DNA of 64,000 nt. Source: Phoronis australis (Eukaryota > Animalia > Phoronida). The notes under the pieces were generated by a model that was not told the DNA's origin, did not search any database, and saw only the letters and a list, made by a program, of their open reading frames with translations. A program made the translations under genes and the position numbers. Positions within the stretch are counted from its first letter, which is position 1. Each line of letters starts with the position of its first letter. This document shows positions 26,701 through 36,300 of the stretch, piece after piece. The stretch lies in contig NMRA01000137.1 in assembly GCA_002633005.1 (NCBI GenBank), positions 1 through 64,000 on the forward strand, given 5' to 3'.

Positions 26701-29700
26701 AACTTGATCATGCTATGTTTAAAATACCTGAAAGCCATCATTATGCAATGAAAATTCAAAAAAAAAATGTGAAGTTCATCAGAAGGTAGGCTTAACTTAA
26801 ATGTCCTAATGGTGCAATTACGGCCAATTTTGTGCATTAATTTGACTTAGACACAGCCTTAGACCCAGTAGCAGATTAAGAGGAGGCCAAGGAGGCCATT
26901 CCCTTCCTCTAGAATTCTTCCATATTCCATTTGACACTTTGGGAGGGGGCGAATGTCTGACGGGCATAATACTGGCCAATACTCTGCCCTGCTCCACAAA
27001 CTTAAAATCCTGTGCCTTAGCTATGAAGCTGAGTTTTAATCAAAATATTTCGCTCAAAGATTGAAAAACCACAAATAGTGCTATCTACTTGACCTACTTC
27101 AGGTTAATCGAGGAATCCTGTTTTGCAACATACTTCTCATTTGGCGGTGACTGGGATCTTCCTATTCTCGCTGGCTTCGAAATACTTTTCGTCGAACACT
27201 TATTTTTTCATCGTTGCCTTAACAAACTGCCACATCATGATCGTACGATTCTCTCCTGAAAAGCACCGCCTGTTGTCTTTATCGAAGCGTTTTCGGGTAG
27301 TCCAAAAGCTACTCATCAAGAACGCCGTTTAGCGACAGCGAAGTTGCCTCCGATATCTTGTTTGTGTGTTTGTCGAGTGCGTGACTTTTCGTAAGGGGGC
27401 GGAACTTCCGATAGATAAATTGCGATAACCAATGCGTATTCATTTTTCCATATGTCCGTATCAAATGACGCGTTTTTAAAGAAAAGCATTTTGCATTTTT
27501 TTTTTTAATTTTAAAATATGCAGCGATCAGGTAAATTGCACTGATCCCCAGCCAAACATTGCTACGAAGCCAATAAACGTTGTGCCTTGTGGCACTCAAA
27601 CATTTCTAGGTGCAGAAGAAACACAGTACGGATTACGCATTACGGACTCCAGGAAAGATCTCTTACGATTTACGCATTACGTACGAATGGAAACAATACT
27701 TAATTGCACAAATAGAAACAGTGACTTTCTCAGAATGGGTGCCTTGTTGTGCATGTTTCAACGTACATATGTACATTATTACGCAAGGTGCTAAGCAAAA
27801 GCTCATTTGGTGGTAAGCAGACTGGAATTACATAAAATCAACAAACATTTTTGCTATTTGACCAGCTTATCCGTCTCTCATTTCTGATCAGTGAGCGCTT
27901 TTCTGCAACATCAGCCCAATTTTATTTCGATGCGCACGAAGATCATAGAACACTCCCATCACCTTTACCGTTTGAGATGTGTGAATGCAGGCACTTTGGC
28001 GTTTCTCCTTATTACATATATATATTAAGCCAAGCATACCAAATTACTTCATTCAGTCAAGCTCCTTTGTAATATGTAGAAAATCAACAAAAATACTTAC
28101 GTTCTAAGCCTGTTTTTCCATTTTCAGAAGACAGCGTTGGACGAACAGGCACCTCGTGTGACGGTGCTTAGCGAGCGAACAGTATATCGAGAAGTAATGA
28201 ATTGCCCTGCTCATAAAGATTATCCGTTGCAATTTTATTGTGAACAGTGTGAGATTCCGATATGTTCACTTTGTCTAACTTCTACTCATAACGAACATAA
28301 ATTGAAAGATATGAAAGAAGCTGCAAAAAAGGTTGACGATGCTTTGCGTAAGTTGCTGGAAGCTTGCAGAGGCGTAACACAGCTCTCAAAAGAGTTGTGT
28401 GAGAAGCTAAAAAGAATACTTGAAAGCCTGGAACAGCAGCAGAAAGCTTGTGAGAGTAAAATAAAGCAATTTTACACTGCGCTTCTTGCACTGACAGATA
28501 CGAATCTCGAAGAAATCAAGCGTTGTGAAAATAAGGCAATTGTTCAGTTAAATAACCAAATGCAAGTGGCTAGAAAACAAGTAGAAGATGCATATAACAG
28601 AGCTAAGCGGAACAGAGCGATGGTGTCTACTGCTGTAGAGGATGTGAGTAAGATGCTTTCCACAGCACAGGAAGGTGAGAAGCTACAGAAGTACAAGAAA
28701 ATTAGGTCACGTCTTGAAAATTTGAATGTTGAACGCATTGAAGCTCGGATGAAGAAACCAGCGTTCAAACTGCAAGATGGGAAAGTTTCAATTGCTGAGT
28801 TAAGTGTAAATATTGGCGCAGAGTTGGGAGATGAAGATGTTTCATTCAAATTTTCTGTCAATTTTGCAAAAAATCTTACAGTTTCCAGTGAACCACCAGT
28901 TCCACGTGTGACCCGTCCACCTGCTGTTAAAGAACCTGTTCAACTTGAACGAAAATTTAGCAGCGTGCTTGAAGAGGGAAAAGGCTGGTGTGAGGGACTG
29001 GCAGTGGGTGGTGGGGTGTTGGTTGTGACGGACAGTGTCAACAAAAATGTCAATGTGTTTGATAAAAATGACTTGAAACTGAAATTCACGTTCAACCAAA
29101 CCCAACACCGACTGCAGTGCCCCGGTGACGTGACATGTAACAGACTTGGTGAGATCTTCATCATGGACCGCGGCATTCACGGTGTTGTCAAGTATGACGC
29201 TACAGGTCGACTGATGGAGATTTACCCAGGTGTGTATAAAGGTGACGGGTATATTACATGTCACGTCGACCAGCTGATAGTGGCGGATAGAGGGGGCGGA
29301 CGGCTGATGTTCACTGACTTTGATTGTAAGGTCCAACATCAAATAGGCGCCCGCTCCCTGGGTCTGAGTGAGTTTTCTCCCGGCAGTGTATGTGTGGATG
29401 AGAACACTGGGCATCTGGTGGTGACCCAGTGGACACCTCCTCTTGTGTATGTGATTGACCACACACAGCCGGCCGTTATACACACATTCAGTGATCAACT
29501 GTGTGAGCCGTGGGGTGTGTGTGTGGATCAGTTCGGCCACATTCTCGTGGCTGACCTCACCAATCACCGAGTAATTCAAATGACACCTGCTGGTGCGCAC
29601 GTGATCACCACGAGGGGTGATGTCTCCTCTCCTACAGCCATATGCACATCAGGCCCCGGGCAGGTGTATGTACTGGAGTTGAGAGGTGTTGTGAAGATAT

Positions 29701-29720
29701 TCAAATATCTTGATATTTAA
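20519..29720 (+). CDS. Spliced gene (8 exons, ~848 aa): RIPK-like/TKL protein kinase fused to B-box, coiled-coil and NHL repeats
   Basis: Exons 20519-20712, 21454-21649, 22477-22590, 22993-23153, 23395-23444, 23867-24016, 26198-26286, 28128-29720. All introns are GT..AG with matching phases (2,0,0,2,1,1,0); total 2547 nt = 849 codons including the stop. Kinase motifs GSGGFG, VAVK, alphaC-Glu (KEA), HADLKLGN, DFG, GTLSHMAPE, DVWSFG, followed by a B-box, helical segment and NHL repeats. Confidence 0.85.
21454..21649 (+). CDS. Kinase-TRIM-NHL gene exon 2 (subdomains III-V)
   Basis: ttttcag acceptor; HKQMILACKEARSM...HASILKIYGII...GLVLEFMEHGSL; donor cag|gtactg. Confidence 0.9.
22477..22590 (+). 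CDS. Kinase-TRIM-NHL gene exon 3 (catalytic loop)
   Basis: ttacag acceptor; VQMMRDISEALRYLHSQNLVHADLKLGNILINDKMEAK; donor aag|gtaatc. Confidence 0.92.
22993..23153 (+). CDS. Kinase-TRIM-NHL gene exon 4 (activation segment)
   Basis: ttttag acceptor; LGDFGLSSFQG...KGTLSHMAPELFNP...QTDVW; donor ag|gtaatt. Confidence 0.92.
23395..23444 (+). CDS. Kinase-TRIM-NHL gene exon 5
   Basis: ttttgtag acceptor; completes DVWS then FGVMLFDLMNEESLFH; donor g|gtgcgt gives the phase required by exon 6. Confidence 0.85.
23534..23689. mobile_element. MITE with 5-bp TSD (taaac), in kinase gene intron 5
   Basis: taaac|cataggcatatttagg ... cctggacccgccagtg|taaac. Confidence 0.7.
23867..24016 (+). CDS. Kinase-TRIM-NHL gene exon 6 (subdomains X-XI)
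   Basis: tttcag acceptor; LQPDVIKHQI...VVSTCLEYQPTDRTDFE (C..P..R..F motif); donor a|gtaagt. Confidence 0.88.
24155..24310. mobile_element. hAT-type MITE (8-bp TSD)
   Basis: catttagg|cagtgctgtagtgg ... ccactacagcattg|cattttgg. Confidence 0.7.
26198..26286 (+). CDS. Kinase-TRIM-NHL gene exon 7 (end of kinase fold, linker)
   Basis: ttttag acceptor; (S)ITRLLHDKYIGEFEKSYRDDIHTLNYFLQ; donor cag|gtaaat; bridges phase 1 to phase 0 as required. Confidence 0.75.
28128..29720 (+). CDS. Kinase-TRIM-NHL gene terminal exon: B-box2, coiled coil, six NHL repeats
   Basis: ttttcag acceptor at 28127. B-box CPAHKDYPLQFYCEQCEIPICSLCLTSTHNEH; long E/K/Q/L helical region; NHL blades e.g. LQCPGDVTCNRLGEIFIMD, FSPGSVCVDENTGHLVVTQ, LCEPWGVCVDQFGHILVADLTNHRV, SSPTAICTSGPGQVYV. 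Stop TAA at 29718-29720. Confidence 0.93.
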   Translation, partial: KTALDEQAPRVTVLSERTVYREVMNCPAHKDYPLQFYCEQCEIPICSLCLTSTHNEHKLKDMKEAAKKVDDALRKLLEACRGVTQLSKELCEKLKRILESLEQQQKACESKIKQFYTALLALTDTNLEEIKRCENKAIVQLNNQMQVARKQVEDAYNRAKRNRAMVSTAVEDVSKMLSTAQEGEKLQKYKKIRSRLENLNVERIEARMKKPAFKLQDGKVSIAELSVNIGAELGDEDVSFKFSVNFAKNLTVSSEPPVPRVTRPPAVKEPVQLERKFSSVLEEGKGWCEGLAVGGGVLVVTDSVNKNVNVFDKNDLKLKFTFNQTQHRLQCPGDVTCNRLGEIFIMDRGIHGVVKYDATGRLMEIYPGVYKGDGYITCHVDQLIVADRGGGRLMFTDFDCKVQHQIGARSLGLSEFSPGSVCVDENTGHLVVTQWTPPLVYVIDHTQPAVIHTFSDQLCEPWGVCVDQFGHILVADLTNHRVIQMTPAGAHVITTRGDVSSPTAICTSGPGQVYVLELRGVVKIFKYLDI

Positions 29721-29749
29721 TTAAATTTACTTGGAACATCAATATGGTG

Positions 29750-29755
29750 AATAAA
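29750..29755 (+). promoter_or_regulatory. Probable polyadenylation signal of the kinase-TRIM-NHL gene
   Basis: AATAAA 30 nt after the stop codon, followed by GT/T-rich sequence. Confidence 0.55.
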
Positions 29756-30252
29756 TGTTTATGAGAACGTTTGGGTGAAATAGTTTATTTAATGCATAAA
29801 GGAAATTCATGAATCCTGTACATTACGTTGTTGTGAGCAGAGGACTTTTGTATTTTGAGAGATTTGTACCCCAATATTCGTAAGAATTAATGGCCAAAAC
29901 TAGATATTTTATACCTGAAGGCCTATGTTTTAAATGATCGTTGTAATTGTTGGAAGCGGGGCGGGGGGGGGGNACATGCTTCCACCAATAATTTCTAGGC
30001 ATCAGGGTTAAGTCGTGTAGGCGATGGACCGGGGGCAGTCGAAAAAAGAAAGACAGCAAAACATGGAGATGAGCGAAAATTCAAGAGAATGTTTGTCAAC
30101 TATCAGTGCATGATTTATCCCTTGAGGTCACTGGCCACGGCGTTGCTCTTAGGCGGCCCCTGTCTAGCAGGATAGGTAGTCTTTTTTACATTCGGTCTCG
30201 GTCCATACGCAGAATGTCGAGTGGGATATTACTTCATCTACGCCACGAGGTA

Positions 30253-31149
30253 CGTTTTGTATTTATCCCATACGCTTGTAATTCCTAAGTTTCTTTCATT
30301 TTTTCGGCAGATTTTTTAAATACTTCACTCAGACTGTTCACGTGGCGGATCACATCCTATATGTATGTACTTGCGCGTTAGGTTGCAAGTTTTCTCTAGT
30401 AAAAGAAACAGTTTTAAATGTAACAATTTATTACTTGAAAAGAGATAAAGATGAAAACAACGGTAACCGTGCATTGAACATGTAACATAGTAAAATAACA
30501 ACAATATTTGATATAATGTAGTTACCGATGAATCGGCGCCTGAGTTGCAGACGATATACCCTAACATTTAGCAATTGAAAGCTGAGACAGAACTACCATA
30601 TTAACAGTCCTGTTTCAGATGTTACGGTTGGAACCTGATTGCATTGGAAAGTTCAAAAGGTAGGGCAATGCCGACTCGACGTCGTTAGCCGGTTCGATCA
30701 TCAAACTTTCTGAAAATAGTTTAAAGTAATACAACTGCAGCAGTATAAATAATACTCAACATGCATTCAGGTCCCAACCGTAACATCTAGAACAGGGCTG
30801 TTAATTATATGACAGTTTTGCCTCAGTTTTCAATTGCTAATTATATCGTCTGCAACTCAGGCGCTGATTCCTCGGTAACTACAATATCATGTATTGTTGT
30901 TATTTAACTGTTTTCAGGAATTTCAATGCACAGTTACCGTTGTTTCCATCTTTCTCATCTCTCTTCAAGTAATAAATCGTTACATTTAAAACTGTTTCTT
31001 TTACTAGAGAAAACTTGCAACCTAATGCGCAAGTACATACATATAGGATGTGATCCGCCCCGTTAACAGTCTGAGTGAAGTATTTAAAAACTCTGCCGAA
31101 AAAATGATAGAAACTTAGAAATTCGAAGCGTATGAGATAAATACAATCG
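30253..31149. repeat. Long inverted repeat (foldback), arms ~390 bp
   Basis: 30253-30645 is the reverse complement of 30761-31149 (e.g. gttgcaagttttctctagtaaaagaaacagttttaaatgtaac / gttacatttaaaactgtttcttttactagagaaaacttgcaac). Confidence 0.92.
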
Positions 31150-31299
31150 GTCTCACGCCATACGCGGATTAATGTCTCGTGGGATATAACTTTATCTGCG
31201 TCACCCTGGGTACGTTTTGTGTATATATTATCTCAAACAGTGAAAATCCTCCCAAACTATCAACCCGCCGGGAACATCCCTATACGCGAATAACAAAGG

Positions 31300-31715
31300 T
31301 TAGATGAACCTGCCCCACTCTTTAGGTTGATGGTCAACAGTAGGTTTGACCATTTGTTTTAAAGTGTGCTTATACTTCTCACACAGGCCATTACACTGAG
31401 CATGATAAAGTGACGTATTGTACGACCTAATTGACAGCAACCTCTGAACTTCTTTCATCATCTCAGAATTAAACTGGGACCCCTTGTTATTTAACAACTC
31501 GTTGGGAATATCAACCAACGCAAACATATTAACCATTGCCTCAGCCACTGTGGATGTATCTATGTTAGCCAACGCCGCAGCTAACGGATAACTAGTAGCC
31601 ATGTCCACCACAGTACTGTTAAAATTCAACTATGAACTATGAAAACCAACCAATCAAGTCTAGGGCATGACAGGCATTTTGTCTAACGAAGCATTGGGTA
31701 TCTTGCCTTCAAGAC
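31300..31715 (-). mobile_element. Gypsy/Ty3 integrase fragment (degenerate)
   Basis: VDMATSYPLAAAL.NIDT.TVAEAM..MF..VDIPNELL..KGSQFNS.MMKEV.RLL.I...TSLYHAQCNGLCEKY..TLKQM matches the rve core pattern; second catalytic Asp degenerate. Confidence 0.85.
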
Positions 31716-32232
31716 ATACAAAACCTAGTTATGTCATATATGTTAGGCCAAAAGAAATAAATTATCTCAGTCGTTTTCCTAATACCAATATGACCTGGAC
31801 TGTATAGGGCAAGGCGCTAGTGTAGTTACTCTTCTTTGTACTTAATTGACAACAGGTTTCGCTAGTTTAATAAGTGGTTATCAAATAATAAATTAATGAT
31901 TGGATTTAATCATTTGCTCTCCATCTACCCACAATCTCAAAGCATAGCTACCTTGTAAAAAAAGCCCACAGTCAACTTCTGACAATTAGGTATTTAGCAG
32001 TATAATACATCAGTTTCGAATATATACCAACAATTTATACCTGCAAAAAATGAAAAATATTTTGATTACAGTTGCACACAATGTTTAGATGGTAATCAAA
32101 AAGTATGTGAAAATATCATCGATTTAATGTAGAAGCAATTAAAAAACACCAAACCCATTTTAAGGCCATCTACCTTGATGTGGAGATGCCCCATTATGTG
32201 CGCCCTCTATTGTCAGAACTGAATCCCATCAG

Positions 32233-32633
32233 GGCCAGGTCTCCAATCTTTTTACTCGAAATGGAACTCGAAATTAGGTTTGGCATTTTCTACTCTACTT
32301 TTGGGCGAACTCAAGATAAGTGTCTATTATTCTATGCTCGAGTACACAATAACTTACGTAGATAATTTATTGCCCTTAGTTCACAGTTTGTAAACCCAAT
32401 ATTAAAGCAATAAGTTAGAGTTTGAACTCGAAAACTCGAGTTTTTACTAGAGTTTGTAGCACGAATATAAGGGTCTTCAACGGCAAACTTGAACTAGAAA
32501 CTCCTATGCATAAACTATAATGTATTCAAGCACAGTCTGATAACCAATTATCTTAAGTTCGCACAAAAGGAGTAAAGAAATTGCCAAAAATAGTTTCGAG
32601 TTCGTTTTGAGTACAAAGATTAGGGACCGGGCC
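32233..32633. mobile_element. PIF/Harbinger-like MITE just downstream of the RCC1 gene stop codon
   Basis: cag|ggccaggtctccaatctttttactc ... gagtacaaagattagggaccgggcc|cag (3-bp CWG TSD). Confidence 0.65.
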
Positions 32634-32738
32634 CAGGAAGACTTGGCAACAATTCATTTGCTTCAAAAGCATTTTCATTCCTCTAGTCAAAGGTACGATC
32701 AATCCACAAACTCATAGTTTTACACTGTCACTTCTTTC

Positions 32739-33348
32739 TCAAACCTTTGAATCAGATTGGACAGAAGAAAGCACACATTTTGGGCAAGCCATAGTCTTAA
32801 GGCCTTGGCTACGGTAGTACTTGTTCAACAAGTTAGCACTATTGGGTAACGAAGTTCTTCCCTTGCTTAAGTCCTTTGCAAACATCGGGAGAACACTCTC
32901 ACTGAAATTCTTTTGACTGAAATGATGTCCGCAAGTAAACACAACCACATTCAAACTCCCGCTGTCAATCTTATCGACATTGTCTTCAAAGCACGTACTG
33001 TTGCTTTCCTTCTCTATTGCACTCTTCAGCCCGCTTACATCAGCATTGGACAGAAACACGTGGCTTCGCTGCTTAAGGTCTTTACGCAAGTTCTGTACGA
33101 TTTCAAGCCATAGCTTTTCCGACGGAACCCCATGGTCGCTAGGAGCCTCGACATTAGGCAGCATGCCAACGTCACACAAGTAATTGTCGAAAGTCGATAG
33201 ACAGCCACCGGCTATTGGGTCACTCTCAACGATCTGCTGGATGACTGTCGACGCCACCTGTAGACAGAACTTGGTACTGAACTTGCTCTGCATCGCTGGT
33301 GGGACTCCGCCCCATGCAGTGCAATCTTCTGGATTTTCTTTAGTATTT
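32739..33348 (-). CDS. Terminal exon of the RCC1-repeat gene with RING-like Cys/His motif
   Basis: Acceptor tcacag; VVVFTCGHHF...MACPKC; stop TGA at 32739-32741. Confidence 0.85.
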
Positions 33349-36300
33349 CTGTGAATGTAAGAAACAAGAAAGCATATGTTATAGACAACATTCTACTCTT
33401 AGGTGTATTAAGAGCACAAAAGCATCTTTTGCTTGACACCAGGGGGAGGGGTTGACAGGGATGAAACAGAATTTCTTTCACTCACAGACATTTTGACAAT
33501 TTTTGCTTGGATCCATATACTGGCAAGAAGGCGGAATACTGTCCACCAACTACCCCATAGTGATCTTGCAACAAGGTGTATTTCGTTCTGCCGGCACTAC
33601 TGACTGCGACTCAAATGCTAGTCCCAGCATTGCAGGATATTAAACAAATATAATCAACACTATAGAGAAAGAACTAGGTAAAATGTCAGTTTGTTCAACA
33701 CAAGTGCTAGTACTGAGGCTCACAAGGAGAAATGTCTTGACAATGAGTGTAGATTGTAGATTTGGTATCCCTATTCAACTCATATTCCCCTTATGCCTTA
33801 TCTGTATGCTTATTATAAGTTGTACTTACATCAAAATATTATGAGCTCTAACTTGGTTATCATGAGCAAATTTCTGAGGCAGTACATTAAAGAGACAATC
33901 AGCAATAGCCAGTCCAGGTTCCAGATTTCAAATGCCAGTAACAGGTCATAAATTAAACACATTAAAAGTTTGTATTGCTTAGATATCAACCATTCCATTT
34001 CACAAGTCCACAGCTAAATGTACTGGACACAGACTGAATTGATAACAGCGACTTAAGTTACAATCAAAAAGGACTGGCAAGTTATTCTATCATGATTAGA
34101 CTGTGTTTGAGAAATGGAAGGCATCAAAATTCTAAAGTGCCTGTAAACTGACCTGAACAAAACTTGACTCAGGAAACAGCCGACGGTGTCAAGGTGTGAA
34201 AGCAACAAGTGTTCCAATTTAGCCACACAGAGGGCACTGGTATGCCAGAACTGGATCAGATGCCTTAACAGATGCTGCAAGGTCTGGTTTCTGCGGCTCT
34301 CGCTGACGTTCTGTTCCTGACATTTCCTGGTCACAAAAAGAATTACATAAATCTTAAAAGTCCGAGTCCAGTGGACCAACATAATCCACATTCGATGCAC
34401 TGGTTTAAGTGTTTTGACACCTGTATAGTTGCCAAAATCCCAAAATGAAAAAGTGGGACATCTGGATCTAAGCCATACCAAATGGGAAAGGTCTGTCGCA
34501 ACGTCCAGAACATCATCTCAACGGCATTTTTTGGTTGTGCCCGAGAAATAGCGAAAAATGAGTGCAATTAGTGTTTGAAAGCACAAAAATATGAATCCAT
34601 TCAGTACATAAATAATGTCATGGGTTAAAAAGCGGGACATTCTGATGTTGTGGCAGGATCAAGACAATGCTAATTAAAGTGGGACAGTTCTGCCAAAAGT
34701 AAGACAACAGTTAAGACCATACAATTATGCCGTATGCGGCTTGATCCGGTGGTTTAGAGCGTTTATTTCGGTCATCAGAATGGGATTTTGTTTATTTGAA
34801 AAAAAATTGACAACTTTACTGCCAGAATACTTAAGATAAAACTAGACACTCAAATTTAACTGTACTGTTCCACTAATCCGCAACTGCACTAACGTTCACA
34901 AAGAGTAGACTTACACACTAATAACAGAAAGACTGTAGTTATGATGAGCTGAGAAGAAAAGCCAAGACACTTAACTGAATAATTACCTGATATAAAAGGC
35001 AACTACTTTTTGTACCAACTCTGTAAATCCCTGGTGTTCACTTTGATAACCAAGATGCAGTCCTTTCAGTCTGTAGTACAAGGCCTGGAAAGCAGACGTC
35101 AATTGATACAAGCAGACGTCAACTGATACAAGCAGAAGTCAATTGATACAAGCAGACATCAATTTATACAAGCAGACGTCAATTGATACAAGCAGAGGTC
35201 AATTGATACAAGCAGACGTCAACTGATACAAGCAGATGTCAATTGATACAAGCAGCCGTCAATTGATACAAGACTCAAGATTGCAGGAAAACTATACCAA
35301 TGGCTCTGAAAAAGTAGACTAACAATGGATTTTAACTTACTTTGTCTGACCAATTTTTACCAAGGATTTCTGAAAGAGATCCCTTCCAACAAGACTTGTT
35401 TTGCATGGTGGGCACGTACATTTTTAATGCGAGCAAGGTGACGTCACTTTTCACGGTTGGTCTCATATTTCATTATTTTCAAATATTCACTCGTCAACCA
35501 GTCAGTCTCATTTTACAAGTATCTTAGCTGCTGCCGAACAGCAATACAAGCCTCCACAAGAGTACCAAGGCTGGGAGGCTGATACTCAACTATAGTGGCC
35601 TTTATAATGACTTTCCTATTTCTGACCTCCTCGATAAACTTGGTTGGTACAGCCTAGTTAGAGGGTGTGACTTTCATTTAAACTTAATGGTGTACAAAGC
35701 CACACATAGCCTCACACCTACTAAATTCAAAGCAGTCAGAGATTCTCACAATTACAATACTACAGCGAGTTTTTATGGCTGCCTGGTACCAGATAAACCT
35801 ATGGCAAAAGAATTTTTTCCTACAAAAGTGCTTTTGCTTACAACCGGCTGGGGACTTTCATCGCAAATGTGCCCAATGTCCACGTCTTCAAACAGAATTT
35901 ACTGGGACTGTGTGCATGGTTCGGGACTGTAGCCCTCAGCTCATCATTATTTTACTGTATTTTATCTTATTTATTCATTTAATTGACTGTGTACATTAAC
36001 TAATTTTTATACTAATTTCTTTTATTTATTAATCTTTTCAATCTAATTGTACATAGGTCTCTGTATTTTACTTCATGTAATTATTTCCGACAGAGCTCAC
36101 TTGAAAATCAGTGTATTCACTTATAAGTGGTAACCAGTCTTTTAAAAAAGTTTAAATAAATAAATACCACCACAACTTTGCGAATGACCCTAAGAGTTGT
36201 TTTTGAATGCAAAAACACTTCCCAGAAAATAATACGTTTCCAAAATCCATAGTAACACAGTTCATAAACACTACCTTGATACCTGGTACAGTACACAACA

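Noticed and set aside
28842-29600. 252-aa antisense ORF and other ORFs overlapping the NHL exon
   Set aside because: Shadow ORFs of the coding strand with no recognisable motifs.
35091-35272. Regular short repeats (also 2847-2931) as possible CRISPR arrays
   Set aside because: Head-to-tail tandem units with no unique spacers, eukaryotic context, no cas genes.
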